Below, piece after piece: positions 9,055-17,658 of a stretch of DNA of 64,000 nt. Numbering within the stretch: position 1 is the stretch's first letter; the number at the start of each line of letters is the position of its first letter. Made by a program: the position numbers and the translations under genes. Under the pieces are notes generated by a model. It was not told where the DNA came from. It made no database searches and worked only from the letters and a program-made list of their open reading frames with translations. This DNA is from Chloroflexota bacterium (GTDB lineage: Bacteria; Chloroflexota; Limnocylindria; Limnocylindrales; CSP1-4). The stretch lies in assembly GCA_003141455.1 (NCBI GenBank), contig PLMA01000042.1, positions 114,953-178,952 on the forward strand, written 5' to 3'.

Positions 9055-10164
9055 ATGAGCGACGACGCCACACCCAGGTCCACACGCCCACTGGGCGGCC
9101 TCAATCTGACCTTCCTCGCCCCGGCGGAAGGTGAGGGAATGGCCCAGGCGCGCCCTGGGACAACGGCGCCGGCCGAAGCCGGCCTCGTTGAGGAGGCGCG
9201 CGTCGTCATCGTGGGCTCGGGACCGGCGGGCCTCACCGCCGCCATCTACGCCGCTCGCGCCAATCTGCGACCGATCGTCATCGGAGGCGTCAGCGGCGGC
9301 GGTCAGCTCATGATCACGAGCGAGGTGGAGAACTACCCGGGCTTCCCCGATGGGATCGGCGGACCCGAGCTGATGGGACTCTTCCGCAAGCAGGCCGAGC
9401 GCTTCGGCGCCCGAGTCGTCGATGCGGACGTATCGCGGGTCGATCTCGGCATGCGGCCCTTCCGGCTCTGGGCCGCCGGCGTCGAATATCGGGCCCAGGC
9501 GGTGATAGTGGCCACGGGCGCGGATGCCCAGTGGCTCGGTATCGACAGCGAAACCCGGCTTCGCGGTCGCGGGGTCAGCGCTTGCGCCACCTGCGATGGG
9601 TTCTTCTTCCGCGACAAAGAGGTGGCAGTCGTCGGCGGCGGCGACAGCGCCCTGGAGGAAGCTCTCTTCCTCACCCACTTCGCCAGCAAGGTTCACCTCG
9701 TCCATCGCCGGGACGAGTTCCGCGGAAGCAAGATCATGCAGGCCCGAGCGGCCGCCCATCCCAAGATCGAGCTTCATCTGAACCGCACCGTCGCGGAGGT
9801 CCTCGGCGCGGACCATGTCGAAGGGCTGCGCCTGGGCAAGACGGACGAGCCCGGCGAGGAGACGGTGCGGCTGGATGGCGTCTTCGTGGCCATCGGGCAC
9901 AGGCCCAACGTGGCCGTATTCCGCGATTGGCTCGGGACCGACGAGAAGGGCTATCTATCGACCGGCGGCGCTACGACCGCCTCCTCGATCGACGGCGTGT
10001 TCATCGCCGGCGACGTGGACGATCACCGCTACCGCCAGGCCGTGACGGCGGCCGGCGAAGGATGTCGCGCCGCGATCGACGCGGAGCGCTGGCTCGAGGC
10101 GCAGGACGCCGGCCAATCGCACCCCGCCGAGGTCCCGAAGGAGACTGCGGCCGTCACCAAGTGA
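9055..10164 (+). CDS. trxB: Thioredoxin-disulfide reductase
   Basis: The FAD motif VVIVGSGPAGLTAAIYAAR, the redox-active CATCDG motif, the NADPH motif VAVVGGGDSALEEALFL and a C-terminal GDV motif are all present. The N-terminal 28-50 aa are probably an over-extension. The alternative ATG at 9139 has a better RBS. Confidence 0.85.
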   Translation: MSDDATPRSTRPLGGLNLTFLAPAEGEGMAQARPGTTAPAEAGLVEEARVVIVGSGPAGLTAAIYAARANLRPIVIGGVSGGGQLMITSEVENYPGFPDGIGGPELMGLFRKQAERFGARVVDADVSRVDLGMRPFRLWAAGVEYRAQAVIVATGADAQWLGIDSETRLRGRGVSACATCDGFFFRDKEVAVVGGGDSALEEALFLTHFASKVHLVHRRDEFRGSKIMQARAAAHPKIELHLNRTVAEVLGADHVEGLRLGKTDEPGEETVRLDGVFVAIGHRPNVAVFRDWLGTDEKGYLSTGGATTASSIDGVFIAGDVDDHRYRQAVTAAGEGCRAAIDAERWLEAQDAGQSHPAEVPKETAAVTK

Positions 10165-10232
10165 GCGGGCTCGCATCGCCCCGCGCGTCGTCGAGAGCTT
10201 GCTGGTAGGGTCGGCCCGTACGGGAGTCATTC

Positions 10233-12260
10233 ATGTCGTATTCCGGCGGCGGCCGCTATCGCTATGCCGCCTCCAGCGCTCGCGATAACCCGACCGGCCG
10301 GCCGCACGAACCGCGGAATCGAACGGCGCGCAAGATCGTCCGATTCTTCGCCCCCTACAGGACCGAGGTCACGGTCGTGCTGGTGGCGATCCTGATTACC
10401 AGCGGCTTGGGCGTGATCAACCCGATCTTGCTCAAGCTCCTGCTCGACGTCGCCATACCCCACCGCGACTTCGCCCTGCTGAACCTGTTCGTTGGGCTGA
10501 TGATCGTCGTACCGGTCGTGTCGAGCCTGATCGGCGTCGGTCAGAGCTACCTCAACAACCGCGTCGGCCAGAACGTCATGCGCGACCTGCGCAAGCTCCT
10601 GTACGGCCATCTCCAGTCCATGCCGCTGCGGTTCTTCACCGAGACGCGGACCGGCGAGATCCAGAGCCGCCTCTCGAACGACGTCGGCGGGATCCAGTCC
10701 GTCGTGACGGATACGGCTGCGAGCGTGACCAGCAACGTCGCCATCGTGGTCAGCACGGTCATCGCCATGCTCTTCATAGACTGGCGCCTGACGGCCCTGT
10801 CGCTCGTGATGTTGCCGATCTTCGCCTTCGTCGCCAATCGCGTGGGCAAGGTCCGCCGGGCCGCCTCGACCGAAACTCAGAAGTCGCTTGCCGACATGAC
10901 CGCAGCCACCGAAGAGACGCTCAGCGTCAGCGGCATCCTGCTCTCCAAGACGTTCGGCCAGCAGCAGGCGTCGGTGGACCGCTTCAGCACGCTCAACGAC
11001 CGAGTCGCTACCAACCAGATCCGCCAGGCGATGGTCGGCCGATGGTTCTTCGCCCTCATCGGCACGATCATGTCGATCATTCCCGCCTTCGTGTACTGGC
11101 TGGCGGGCTATCTCGCGATCAATCACGACCCGCACCCGCCCTCCGCCGGCGACATCGTGGCCTTCACCACCCTCCAGAGCCGCCTCTTCTTTCCGCTCGG
11201 CCAGCTGCTAAGCGTCCAGGTCGAGTTGCAGGGGGCGCTGGCCCTCTTCGACCGCATCTTCGAGTACCTGGAAATGAAGCCCGAGATCACCGACGCGCCG
11301 GACGCGGTCGAGCTGGATCCGAAGAACGTTCGGGGTGCCGTTCGCTTCCGCAACGTCTCGTTCAGCTACCCGACCCGGGCCGCCCAGCTCGCCGTCGAAG
11401 GGGCCGAGAATGGAAACGGCGCCGCGCCAGAGGCAGCCGGGGCAACCCTTGCCGGAACCGCGGAGACCCTGGCGGGAACGGGAGCGAGCGCCGGCGCCGG
11501 TCCGGAAGCTGCCGCCCCAGCCGAGGCGCCGGAGCAAGGGCGTCCCTTTGCCCTCGAGAACCTCGACTTCGAGGTCAGGCCGGGGCAGCTGGTGGCGCTG
11601 GTCGGTCCATCGGGCGCCGGCAAGACCAGCACCACCTACTTGATCCCGCGCCTGTACGACGTCGACACCGGGGCCGTGGAACTGGACGGGCTGGACGTGC
11701 GGGCCATCAAGCTCGCGTCGATCGGACAGATCGTGGGCTTCGTGACGCAGGAGACGTACCTCTTCCACAGTTCCGTGAGAGACAACCTGCGCTATGCCCG
11801 ACCGCTGGCAACCGACGCCGAGCTCGAGGCCGCGGCCCGCGCGGCGGCGATCCACGACCGCATCGTTGAGTTCCCAGAGGGTTACGACACGATGGTCGGA
11901 GAACGCGGCTACAAGCTCTCCGGCGGCGAGAAGCAGCGGATCGCGATCGCGCGGGTGCTGCTGAAGGATCCACGAGTCCTCATCCTCGACGAGGCCACTT
12001 CCGCTCTCGACACGGTCAGCGAGCGGCTGATCCAACAGGCCCTCGAAGGGTTGGTGGCCGGCCGGACGACGATCGCCATCGCCCACCGGCTCTCGACGAT
12101 CCTGCGAGCCGACCTGATCCTGGTGTACCAGCGAGGGCGAATCGTCGAGCGCGGCACGCACGCCGAGCTGCTTGCCCTGAACGGGTTGTATGCACGGCTC
12201 TACCGCGAGCAGTTCGAAACCCCGGACTCGGCCCCGGCCGAGTCGGCGCCGGCGCGCTAG
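10233..12260 (+). CDS. ABC transporter ATP-binding/permease fusion protein (type I exporter, MsbA-like)
   Basis: 675-aa ORF with six TM segments followed by an NBD (Walker A GPSGAGKTS, signature LSGGEKQRIAIAR, Walker B LILDEATSALD, H-loop). The NBD carries a ~50-aa Ala/Gly/Glu-rich insertion. Confidence 0.85.
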   Translation: MSYSGGGRYRYAASSARDNPTGRPHEPRNRTARKIVRFFAPYRTEVTVVLVAILITSGLGVINPILLKLLLDVAIPHRDFALLNLFVGLMIVVPVVSSLIGVGQSYLNNRVGQNVMRDLRKLLYGHLQSMPLRFFTETRTGEIQSRLSNDVGGIQSVVTDTAASVTSNVAIVVSTVIAMLFIDWRLTALSLVMLPIFAFVANRVGKVRRAASTETQKSLADMTAATEETLSVSGILLSKTFGQQQASVDRFSTLNDRVATNQIRQAMVGRWFFALIGTIMSIIPAFVYWLAGYLAINHDPHPPSAGDIVAFTTLQSRLFFPLGQLLSVQVELQGALALFDRIFEYLEMKPEITDAPDAVELDPKNVRGAVRFRNVSFSYPTRAAQLAVEGAENGNGAAPEAAGATLAGTAETLAGTGASAGAGPEAAAPAEAPEQGRPFALENLDFEVRPGQLVALVGPSGAGKTSTTYLIPRLYDVDTGAVELDGLDVRAIKLASIGQIVGFVTQETYLFHSSVRDNLRYARPLATDAELEAAARAAAIHDRIVEFPEGYDTMVGERGYKLSGGEKQRIAIARVLLKDPRVLILDEATSALDTVSERLIQQALEGLVAGRTTIAIAHRLSTILRADLILVYQRGRIVERGTHAELLALNGLYARLYREQFETPDSAPAESAPAR

Positions 12261-12310
12261 GCTGAGCCGCAACAGGACCGGCCACCGGCGGCCGCTCGAA
12301 GGAGAAGAGA

Positions 12311-12802
12311 TTGGGTCAGAAGCAGGTCAGCCTCAGGCATACGGGCGGGTCGCGGTTCGTAGCCCGGTCCGGCTCGGGCCACGACATCGTCGTGGACAAT
12401 GCCGCCGGGAATTCCGGGCCCCGGCCGACCGAGCTCGTCCTTGCCGCGTTGGCCGGCTGCACGGCCATGGACGTGGTCGAGATCCTCGCTAAGAAGCGCC
12501 AGGTCGTGGACGGCTACTCGGTCGAGGTCACCGGCACCCAGCGCGAAAAGGCGCCGAACGTATACACGGATATCACCGTCCTCCACGTCGTAGAAGGCAA
12601 CGTGGATACGGAGGCGGTGCGCCGGTCGATCGAGCTATCGGCGACGAAGTACTGCACAGTGAGCGCCCAACTCGCTTCCGGGGCGGCCCGGATCAGTCAC
12701 CGTTACACCATCAAGCGGCCCGCAGCGGCCGGCGCCCCGCCAACCGAGGAATCGGGTGACGTGGTGGTCGAAGGCCCGGGCAAGGACGTTCTGGCAGACT
12801 GA
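12311..12802 (+). CDS. OsmC/Ohr family peroxiredoxin-like protein
   Basis: 163-aa ORF. The motifs PTELVLAALAGCTAMDVV...ATKYCTVS carry the two conserved Cys of the OsmC family. Confidence 0.7.
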   Translation: MGQKQVSLRHTGGSRFVARSGSGHDIVVDNAAGNSGPRPTELVLAALAGCTAMDVVEILAKKRQVVDGYSVEVTGTQREKAPNVYTDITVLHVVEGNVDTEAVRRSIELSATKYCTVSAQLASGAARISHRYTIKRPAAAGAPPTEESGDVVVEGPGKDVLAD

Positions 12803-12823
12803 CGGCCGGCGGCTCCGCCGGGC

Positions 12824-13459
12824 GTGAGGGAGGGACAAAAGATCGAAGCTCCGGACGAGGGCACCCTCGATCCAGGCAGGCCTCGGATATGGCGAATCTG
12901 GGGCGTGTCTTTCGACGCCCGTATCGTCCAGATCGTCATGGCCGCCACGCTCATCCTGATCGTCGCCTTCAACAACCGCTTCGTCCAGGACGAGTACGAG
13001 CGGTTCATCCTGGAGTTCATCGTCCCGCTCGCCATCATCGTGCTGGCCTGGCGCGAAGACCCCAGGCGCTATGGGCTCCGACTGGGCGACTGGCGGCTCG
13101 GCCTGGCGGTGACTGTCGTCGGAATCGCGGCTATGGCCATCGTCATCTGGCTGTTCGGTCGCTTGCCCGACTTCCGCCAGTACTACACGGATACCATCGG
13201 CGGCCGGCCCATGTGGCGTCTGGTGATAGACACCGGCATCGACCTGTTCGCGTGGGAGTTCTTCTTCCGCGGCTGGCTCCTGTGGGGGCTGGGACGCAAG
13301 TACGGGACGGACGCCATCTGGCTCCAGGTGATTCCCTTCGCGCTCATGCATGTCTGGAAGCCCGAGATCGAGCAGCTGTCGACTGTGCTGGGCGGAGCCT
13401 TCTTCGGGATCCTGGCGTGGCGAACCAGGTCGTTCGTGTGGGGCTTCCTGCTCCACTGA
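12824..13459 (+). CDS. CPBP family intramembrane metalloprotease (CAAX protease/Abi)
   Basis: 211-aa multi-TM ORF with the EFFFRGWLL motif and conserved His motifs (FALMHVW) of the CPBP family. Confidence 0.7.
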   Translation: MREGQKIEAPDEGTLDPGRPRIWRIWGVSFDARIVQIVMAATLILIVAFNNRFVQDEYERFILEFIVPLAIIVLAWREDPRRYGLRLGDWRLGLAVTVVGIAAMAIVIWLFGRLPDFRQYYTDTIGGRPMWRLVIDTGIDLFAWEFFFRGWLLWGLGRKYGTDAIWLQVIPFALMHVWKPEIEQLSTVLGGAFFGILAWRTRSFVWGFLLH

Positions 13460-13568
13460 TTCATGGTGGCCTGGGTCCTGATGGTGGCCGCGGGCTACGC
13501 CTGAGGGTCTGCGCCGGGCTCTTCGGCGCGGTGCGGAGAGTCCGCGGTGTGGGTGTCGTTGGCGCGGT

Positions 13569-13606
13569 CTTGCATCACTATGCAACAAACCGTATAATCC
13601 CGGACC
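13569..13606 (+). promoter_or_regulatory. argC promoter: an AT-rich island with an ARG-box-like palindrome overlapping the -35 (TTGCAT) and a perfect TATAAT -10. The predicted transcript is leaderless.
   Basis: 13569-13586 reads cTTGCATCACTATGCAAc, an inverted repeat TGCAT-N4-ATGCA. TATAAT lies at 13594-13599 with an 18-nt spacer. The argC ATG at 13607 is 8 nt after the -10, so there is no room for an SD. Confidence 0.55.
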
Positions 13607-14833
13607 ATGACCGCCACACGATCCACGCCTGACGGCGTTCCTACGGCCACTCCCGTCGAGGGAGCGGTGCCGGTTTCGGCCGGCAGTGTTCCCCAGGACG
13701 CGGGCGGTGATTCGACTGCCGGACCGGTACGCGGACTCGGGCCCAAGGCAGCCAGCACGCGATCCGGCCGCCGGACGATCACCGTCGGCATCGTCGGGGC
13801 CACGGGATACGCAGGCGGCGAGCTCGTCAGATTGCTGTTGCATCACCCGAACGTCCGTCTGGCCGGGCTGTATGGCCGCAACCGCGACAAGGAGCCGATC
13901 GCCGCGTCGCACCCGAATCTCGGGGCCACGGGCCTGGTCATCGACCGGGCGATCCCGGAGGCCGACGCCATATTCACGGCTCTGCCATACGGCGCCGCGG
14001 CAGAGATGGCCGGCGAGATCGTGGCGCGCGGCTCCGCCCTGCTGGACGTTGGGCCGGACTTCCGCCTCCATGACCCGGCCGACTATCCGCGCTGGTACAA
14101 GTTCGACCACCCTGCTCCTGAACTGCTGGCCCAGGCGGTCTACGGCCTGCCCGAGCTGCACCGCGAGGAGATACGCGAGGCGGCCGATCGACCGACCACC
14201 ATCATCGGCCTGCCGGGTTGCTACTCGACGGCGACGATCCTTACCCTCGCGCCATTGGCGCGCGCGGGTCTGATCGCGGATCTGGCGGTCGACGCCAAGA
14301 GCGGCGTTTCCGGAGCCGGGCGCGAGCCCAAACCGGACCTGCTCTTCTCCGAGGTCAACGAAAGCGTCAGGGCGTACGGCATGTTCGGCCACCGCCACAC
14401 AGCGGAGATGGAGCAGGAGCTCGGGGAGCAGGGCGAGCGCGGAGCGATGGGCAGCCGCGACGCGAACCCCGGCGTCGCCACGGTCGACTTCCTGCCGCAC
14501 TTGATCCCAATGACGCGGGGCATCCTGACCAGCTGCCACGTCCGGACCACGCGGCCGGTCACGCAGGCCGAGCTGGACACCCTCTACGGTGAGGCCTACC
14601 GCGACGAGCCGTTCGTGCAGATCGTGGCCGATGCGCCCGCCACGAAACACGTCTTCGGCAGCAACCTGTGCCGGATCTGGGTCCGCGTGGATCCGCGCAG
14701 TGGCAAGGTGCTCGCCCTGGGCGTCATCGACAACCTGGTCAAGGGTGCCGCCGGCCAGGCGGTTCAGGCACTCAACGTCCTCTTCGGCCTGCCCGAGGCC
14801 GCCGGCCTGGAGCAGTACCCGATAGCGCCCTGA
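13607..14833 (+). CDS. argC: N-acetyl-gamma-glutamyl-phosphate reductase
   Basis: The dinucleotide-binding motif ITVGIVGATGYAGGELVRLL, the catalytic Cys motif GLPGCYSTA and the C-terminal HLIPMTRGIL are present. A ~55-aa N-terminal extension is implied if the leaderless ATG at 13607 is used. Confidence 0.85.
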   Translation: MTATRSTPDGVPTATPVEGAVPVSAGSVPQDAGGDSTAGPVRGLGPKAASTRSGRRTITVGIVGATGYAGGELVRLLLHHPNVRLAGLYGRNRDKEPIAASHPNLGATGLVIDRAIPEADAIFTALPYGAAAEMAGEIVARGSALLDVGPDFRLHDPADYPRWYKFDHPAPELLAQAVYGLPELHREEIREAADRPTTIIGLPGCYSTATILTLAPLARAGLIADLAVDAKSGVSGAGREPKPDLLFSEVNESVRAYGMFGHRHTAEMEQELGEQGERGAMGSRDANPGVATVDFLPHLIPMTRGILTSCHVRTTRPVTQAELDTLYGEAYRDEPFVQIVADAPATKHVFGSNLCRIWVRVDPRSGKVLALGVIDNLVKGAAGQAVQALNVLFGLPEAAGLEQYPIAP

Positions 14834-14901
14834 GACCCTCTACCGCGAACCGTCGCACAGCCCAGCCGATTGCCGGCGCCAGTGGGAGGCAAGCCAGTCC
14901 G

Positions 14902-16299
14902 ATGCAGCCGGGTTCCGACCGCTCCTCGAAAGCGGGGGCGTCGCTGGGCGACGTGCTGGCGCCTCTGACGAACCCGCTTCCGCCCGTCGAAGAGCGAGCC
15001 GTCATGCCGTCCGGATTCCGAGCCGCGGGGCTGGCGTGCGGGATCAAGCCATCCGGCCGGCCGGATCTGGCTCTCGTGGCGACTCTGGACGGGCCGGCGG
15101 CCGTCGCCGCGGTCTTCACCCGCAATGCGGTCGTCGCCGCGCCGATTCGGCTGTCGCGGGCCCATCTCAACGCCACGGAGATCGGCGGTGGCGGACGGTT
15201 CGGCTGGGCCGATGCGGTGGTGGCCACGGCCGGCTCCGCGAACGCGGCCACTGGCCCCGAAGGCGACGCGGACCAGGAGGAGCTGAGCAGGGCGGTCGCC
15301 GCGCTGCTGAACACGGAGCCCGAACGGACGCTCGCCCTCTCGACCGGCGTCATCGGCGTGAGACTTCCGATGCCGCAGGTCTGCGACGGCGTGGCCCGGC
15401 TCGTGGCGCTGTTGGAGCCGACGAATGCAGGTCTCGAGGCGTTCGCGACGGCGATCATGACCACGGACACAAAGGTCAAGCTCGCCACTACGTCGGTCGA
15501 GCTGCCGGGGCCGGACGGCAAGGGGGTCACGGTCACGGTCTCCGGGATAGCCAAGGGCGTCGGCATGATCCATCCGCGCATGGCCACGATGCTCAGCCTC
15601 ATCCTGACCGACGCGAGCGCGTCGCCGGCGACGCTCTTCGGCCTGCTGTCTCCGGCCGTGCAGCGGACGTGGAACCAGACCAGCGTCGACGGCGACACCA
15701 GCACCAACGACACCGTCTTCCTCCTGGCGTCGGGCTCGTCGAAGGCCCGCGTCGTGGCGACCGCCAGCCCCGACGCTGAGATCCTGGGCCGGGCCGTCGA
15801 GTCGGTGGCGAGATCCCTGGCCCGCCAGCAGGCCGCCGACGGCGAGGGCGCGACGACTCTCATCACATGCCAGGTGAGCGGCGCGGCGGACGACTACGAC
15901 GCTCGCGCCATTGCCCGCGCCGTTGTGAGCAGCAGCCTCCTCAAAGCCGCCGTCCACGGCCGCGACCCCAACTGGGGCCGCGTCGCGAGCGCCGCCGGCA
16001 ACGCCCGCCTCCCAGAGGAGCAGCTCCTCGAGGCGGCGGGCCTGCACCACACCGAGGCCATGCCTCGAGCCGGCCGATCGCCCGAGCTGGAGGTCGACCG
16101 CCTGCGTATCGCCATCGCCGGAACTCTCGTCTTCGCCGGCGCTCCCCTCCCCTTCGACCGGGACGCGGTCCGCGCGGCGATGAATGCTCCCGAGGTGCTC
16201 ATCCGCCTTGACATGGGTCTGGGCGACGGCATCGGTGAAGCGTTTGGCTGCGATCTGACCGAGGGCTACGTCATCGAGAACGCGGAGTACACGACGTGA
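14902..16299 (+). CDS. argJ: Bifunctional glutamate N-acetyltransferase/amino-acid acetyltransferase
   Basis: ArgJ motifs PSGFRAAGLACGIKPSGRPDLALV...ATMLSLILTDA...TSTNDT are present. I chose the ATG at 14902, which follows a GGGAGG RBS. The alternative ATG at 15004 gives the canonical N-terminus MPSGF. Confidence 0.8.
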   Translation: MQPGSDRSSKAGASLGDVLAPLTNPLPPVEERAVMPSGFRAAGLACGIKPSGRPDLALVATLDGPAAVAAVFTRNAVVAAPIRLSRAHLNATEIGGGGRFGWADAVVATAGSANAATGPEGDADQEELSRAVAALLNTEPERTLALSTGVIGVRLPMPQVCDGVARLVALLEPTNAGLEAFATAIMTTDTKVKLATTSVELPGPDGKGVTVTVSGIAKGVGMIHPRMATMLSLILTDASASPATLFGLLSPAVQRTWNQTSVDGDTSTNDTVFLLASGSSKARVVATASPDAEILGRAVESVARSLARQQAADGEGATTLITCQVSGAADDYDARAIARAVVSSSLLKAAVHGRDPNWGRVASAAGNARLPEEQLLEAAGLHHTEAMPRAGRSPELEVDRLRIAIAGTLVFAGAPLPFDRDAVRAAMNAPEVLIRLDMGLGDGIGEAFGCDLTEGYVIENAEYTT

Positions 16300-17108
16300 G
16301 CGAAGTGCTCGTCCTCAAGCTCGGCGGGACAACGCTCGCCGACCAGGCGCACGTCCTCGACGAGGTCGCTACGGTCGCTCGTGGGCGCCCCGTCGTCCTG
16401 GTCCACGGCGGCGGAAAGCGCATAACCGAATGGCTGGAGCGTCTCGGCGTCCCGAGCCGGTTCGAGGGAGGGCTTCGCGTAACGGACCAGGCCGCGCTGG
16501 ACGTTGCCGCGGCCGTTCTCCGGGGTGTGGTGAACTCAGAACTGGTCTCCGACCTGCGCGACCGTGGCGTCGACGCGGTGGGGCTCTCCGGCGTCGACGG
16601 CGGCTTCATGATCGCCGAGCGCGTCCCCGGCCTTGGGCTTGTGGCTCACATCGTCGGCGTCAGGCGCGACTTCCTGGACACGCTGCTGGTGGCCGGGCAG
16701 GTAGCCGTGGTGGCGCCGCTCGCCCGCGACGAGCAGGGGATCGTCTGTAACGTCAATGCGGACGACGCCGCCGCCGGCATCGCGGCGGGGCTCGGTGCCC
16801 GCCAGCTCGTCCTGATGACCGACGTCGACGGCGTCCGCGACGCGGCTGGCGAGAAGCTTGCCGCCATGACCGCGGATCAGGCCGAGAAGCTGATCGCCGA
16901 CGGCGTGATCAAGGGCGGCATGGTGCCCAAGATCCGGGCCGCCCTGCAGGCGGTCAACTGGCCGGGCGCCGAGGCGGTCATCGCGGATTCCGCCGACCCG
17001 CATGCCCTGACGCGCGCACTCTCCGACCCGACCTTCGGGACCCGAATCACGCGCCATGAACGGCGGGCGTCACGCCAGGCCAATGAAGCCTCCGCCGGAC
17101 CGGCGTGA
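16296..17108 (+). CDS. argB: Acetylglutamate kinase
   Basis: 270-aa ORF with a GTG start overlapping the argJ stop. Amino-acid kinase family motifs VLKLGG, VLVHGGG and NVNADDAAAGIAAGLGA are present. Confidence 0.85.
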   Translation: MSEVLVLKLGGTTLADQAHVLDEVATVARGRPVVLVHGGGKRITEWLERLGVPSRFEGGLRVTDQAALDVAAAVLRGVVNSELVSDLRDRGVDAVGLSGVDGGFMIAERVPGLGLVAHIVGVRRDFLDTLLVAGQVAVVAPLARDEQGIVCNVNADDAAAGIAAGLGARQLVLMTDVDGVRDAAGEKLAAMTADQAEKLIADGVIKGGMVPKIRAALQAVNWPGAEAVIADSADPHALTRALSDPTFGTRITRHERRASRQANEASAGPA

Positions 17109-17112
17109 TCGG

Positions 17113-17658
17113 ATGACCTCGATGATCCTCAACGGCAGCCAGATCAACGCCAAGCAGCGCCGCCAGCGCATCCTCCTGGAACTCGTCGCCCGCTCGGCGA
17201 TCGGCAGCCAGGAGGAGCTCGTGGAGTTGCTCCGCGAGGCCGGCTTCGAGGTGACGCAGGCGACCGTCAGCCGCGATGCCGCCGAGCTCGGACTGGTCAA
17301 GGTGCCCCGCGGCGACCGCCATGTCTATGCCACGCCCGAAACCGCGGCCACCGGCGACGTCTACGACGCCAGGCTCCGCCGGCTGCTCGAGGACATCCCG
17401 GTTCGCATCGCGCGGAGCGGCCTCAGCCTCGTCTTGCTGGCGACGCCGGGCTCGGCCGGGGCAATCGCCCAGGCCATCGACCAGTCCAGCCTGCTCGACC
17501 AGATCGGCACCCTCGCCGGCGACAACACGCTGCTAGTGCTCTTCGAGACCGAGGCCGCCCTCGAACGGTGGCTGGTCCGCTTCGAGAGCTATCAACCGGC
17601 CGGCGCCGACAAGCTGCTGCCCGCCCGACCTTTTGCCAATTCGGAGGCACCTCGATGA
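17113..17658 (+). CDS. argR: Arginine repressor
   Basis: A winged-helix N-domain (QRRQRILLELVARSAIGSQEELVELLREAGFEVTQATVSRD) and a C-terminal oligomerisation/arginine-binding domain (GDNTLLVLFETEA). The ATG lies 5 nt after the argB stop. It is embedded in the arg operon as in actinobacteria. Confidence 0.75.
   Translation: MTSMILNGSQINAKQRRQRILLELVARSAIGSQEELVELLREAGFEVTQATVSRDAAELGLVKVPRGDRHVYATPETAATGDVYDARLRRLLEDIPVRIARSGLSLVLLATPGSAGAIAQAIDQSSLLDQIGTLAGDNTLLVLFETEAALERWLVRFESYQPAGADKLLPARPFANSEAPR

Noticed and set aside
12635-14650. Very long antisense ORFs throughout the window. Examples: 12635..14650 (-), 1670..2899 (-), 3419..4588 (-), 14764..16050 (-), 18790..20865 (-), 62579..63967 (-), 24936..26183 (-).
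   Set aside because: Their translations are Arg/Gly/Pro-rich and low-complexity. They lie opposite well-supported genes with clear family motifs. Such shadow ORFs are expected at ~70% GC because stop codons are rare.
14668-14901. N-terminal 78-aa extension of the argJ ORF overlapping the argC 3' end
   Set aside because: It is low-complexity and Arg/Pro-rich with no RBS. The ATG at 14902 follows GGGAGG, and the ArgJ homology begins after it.
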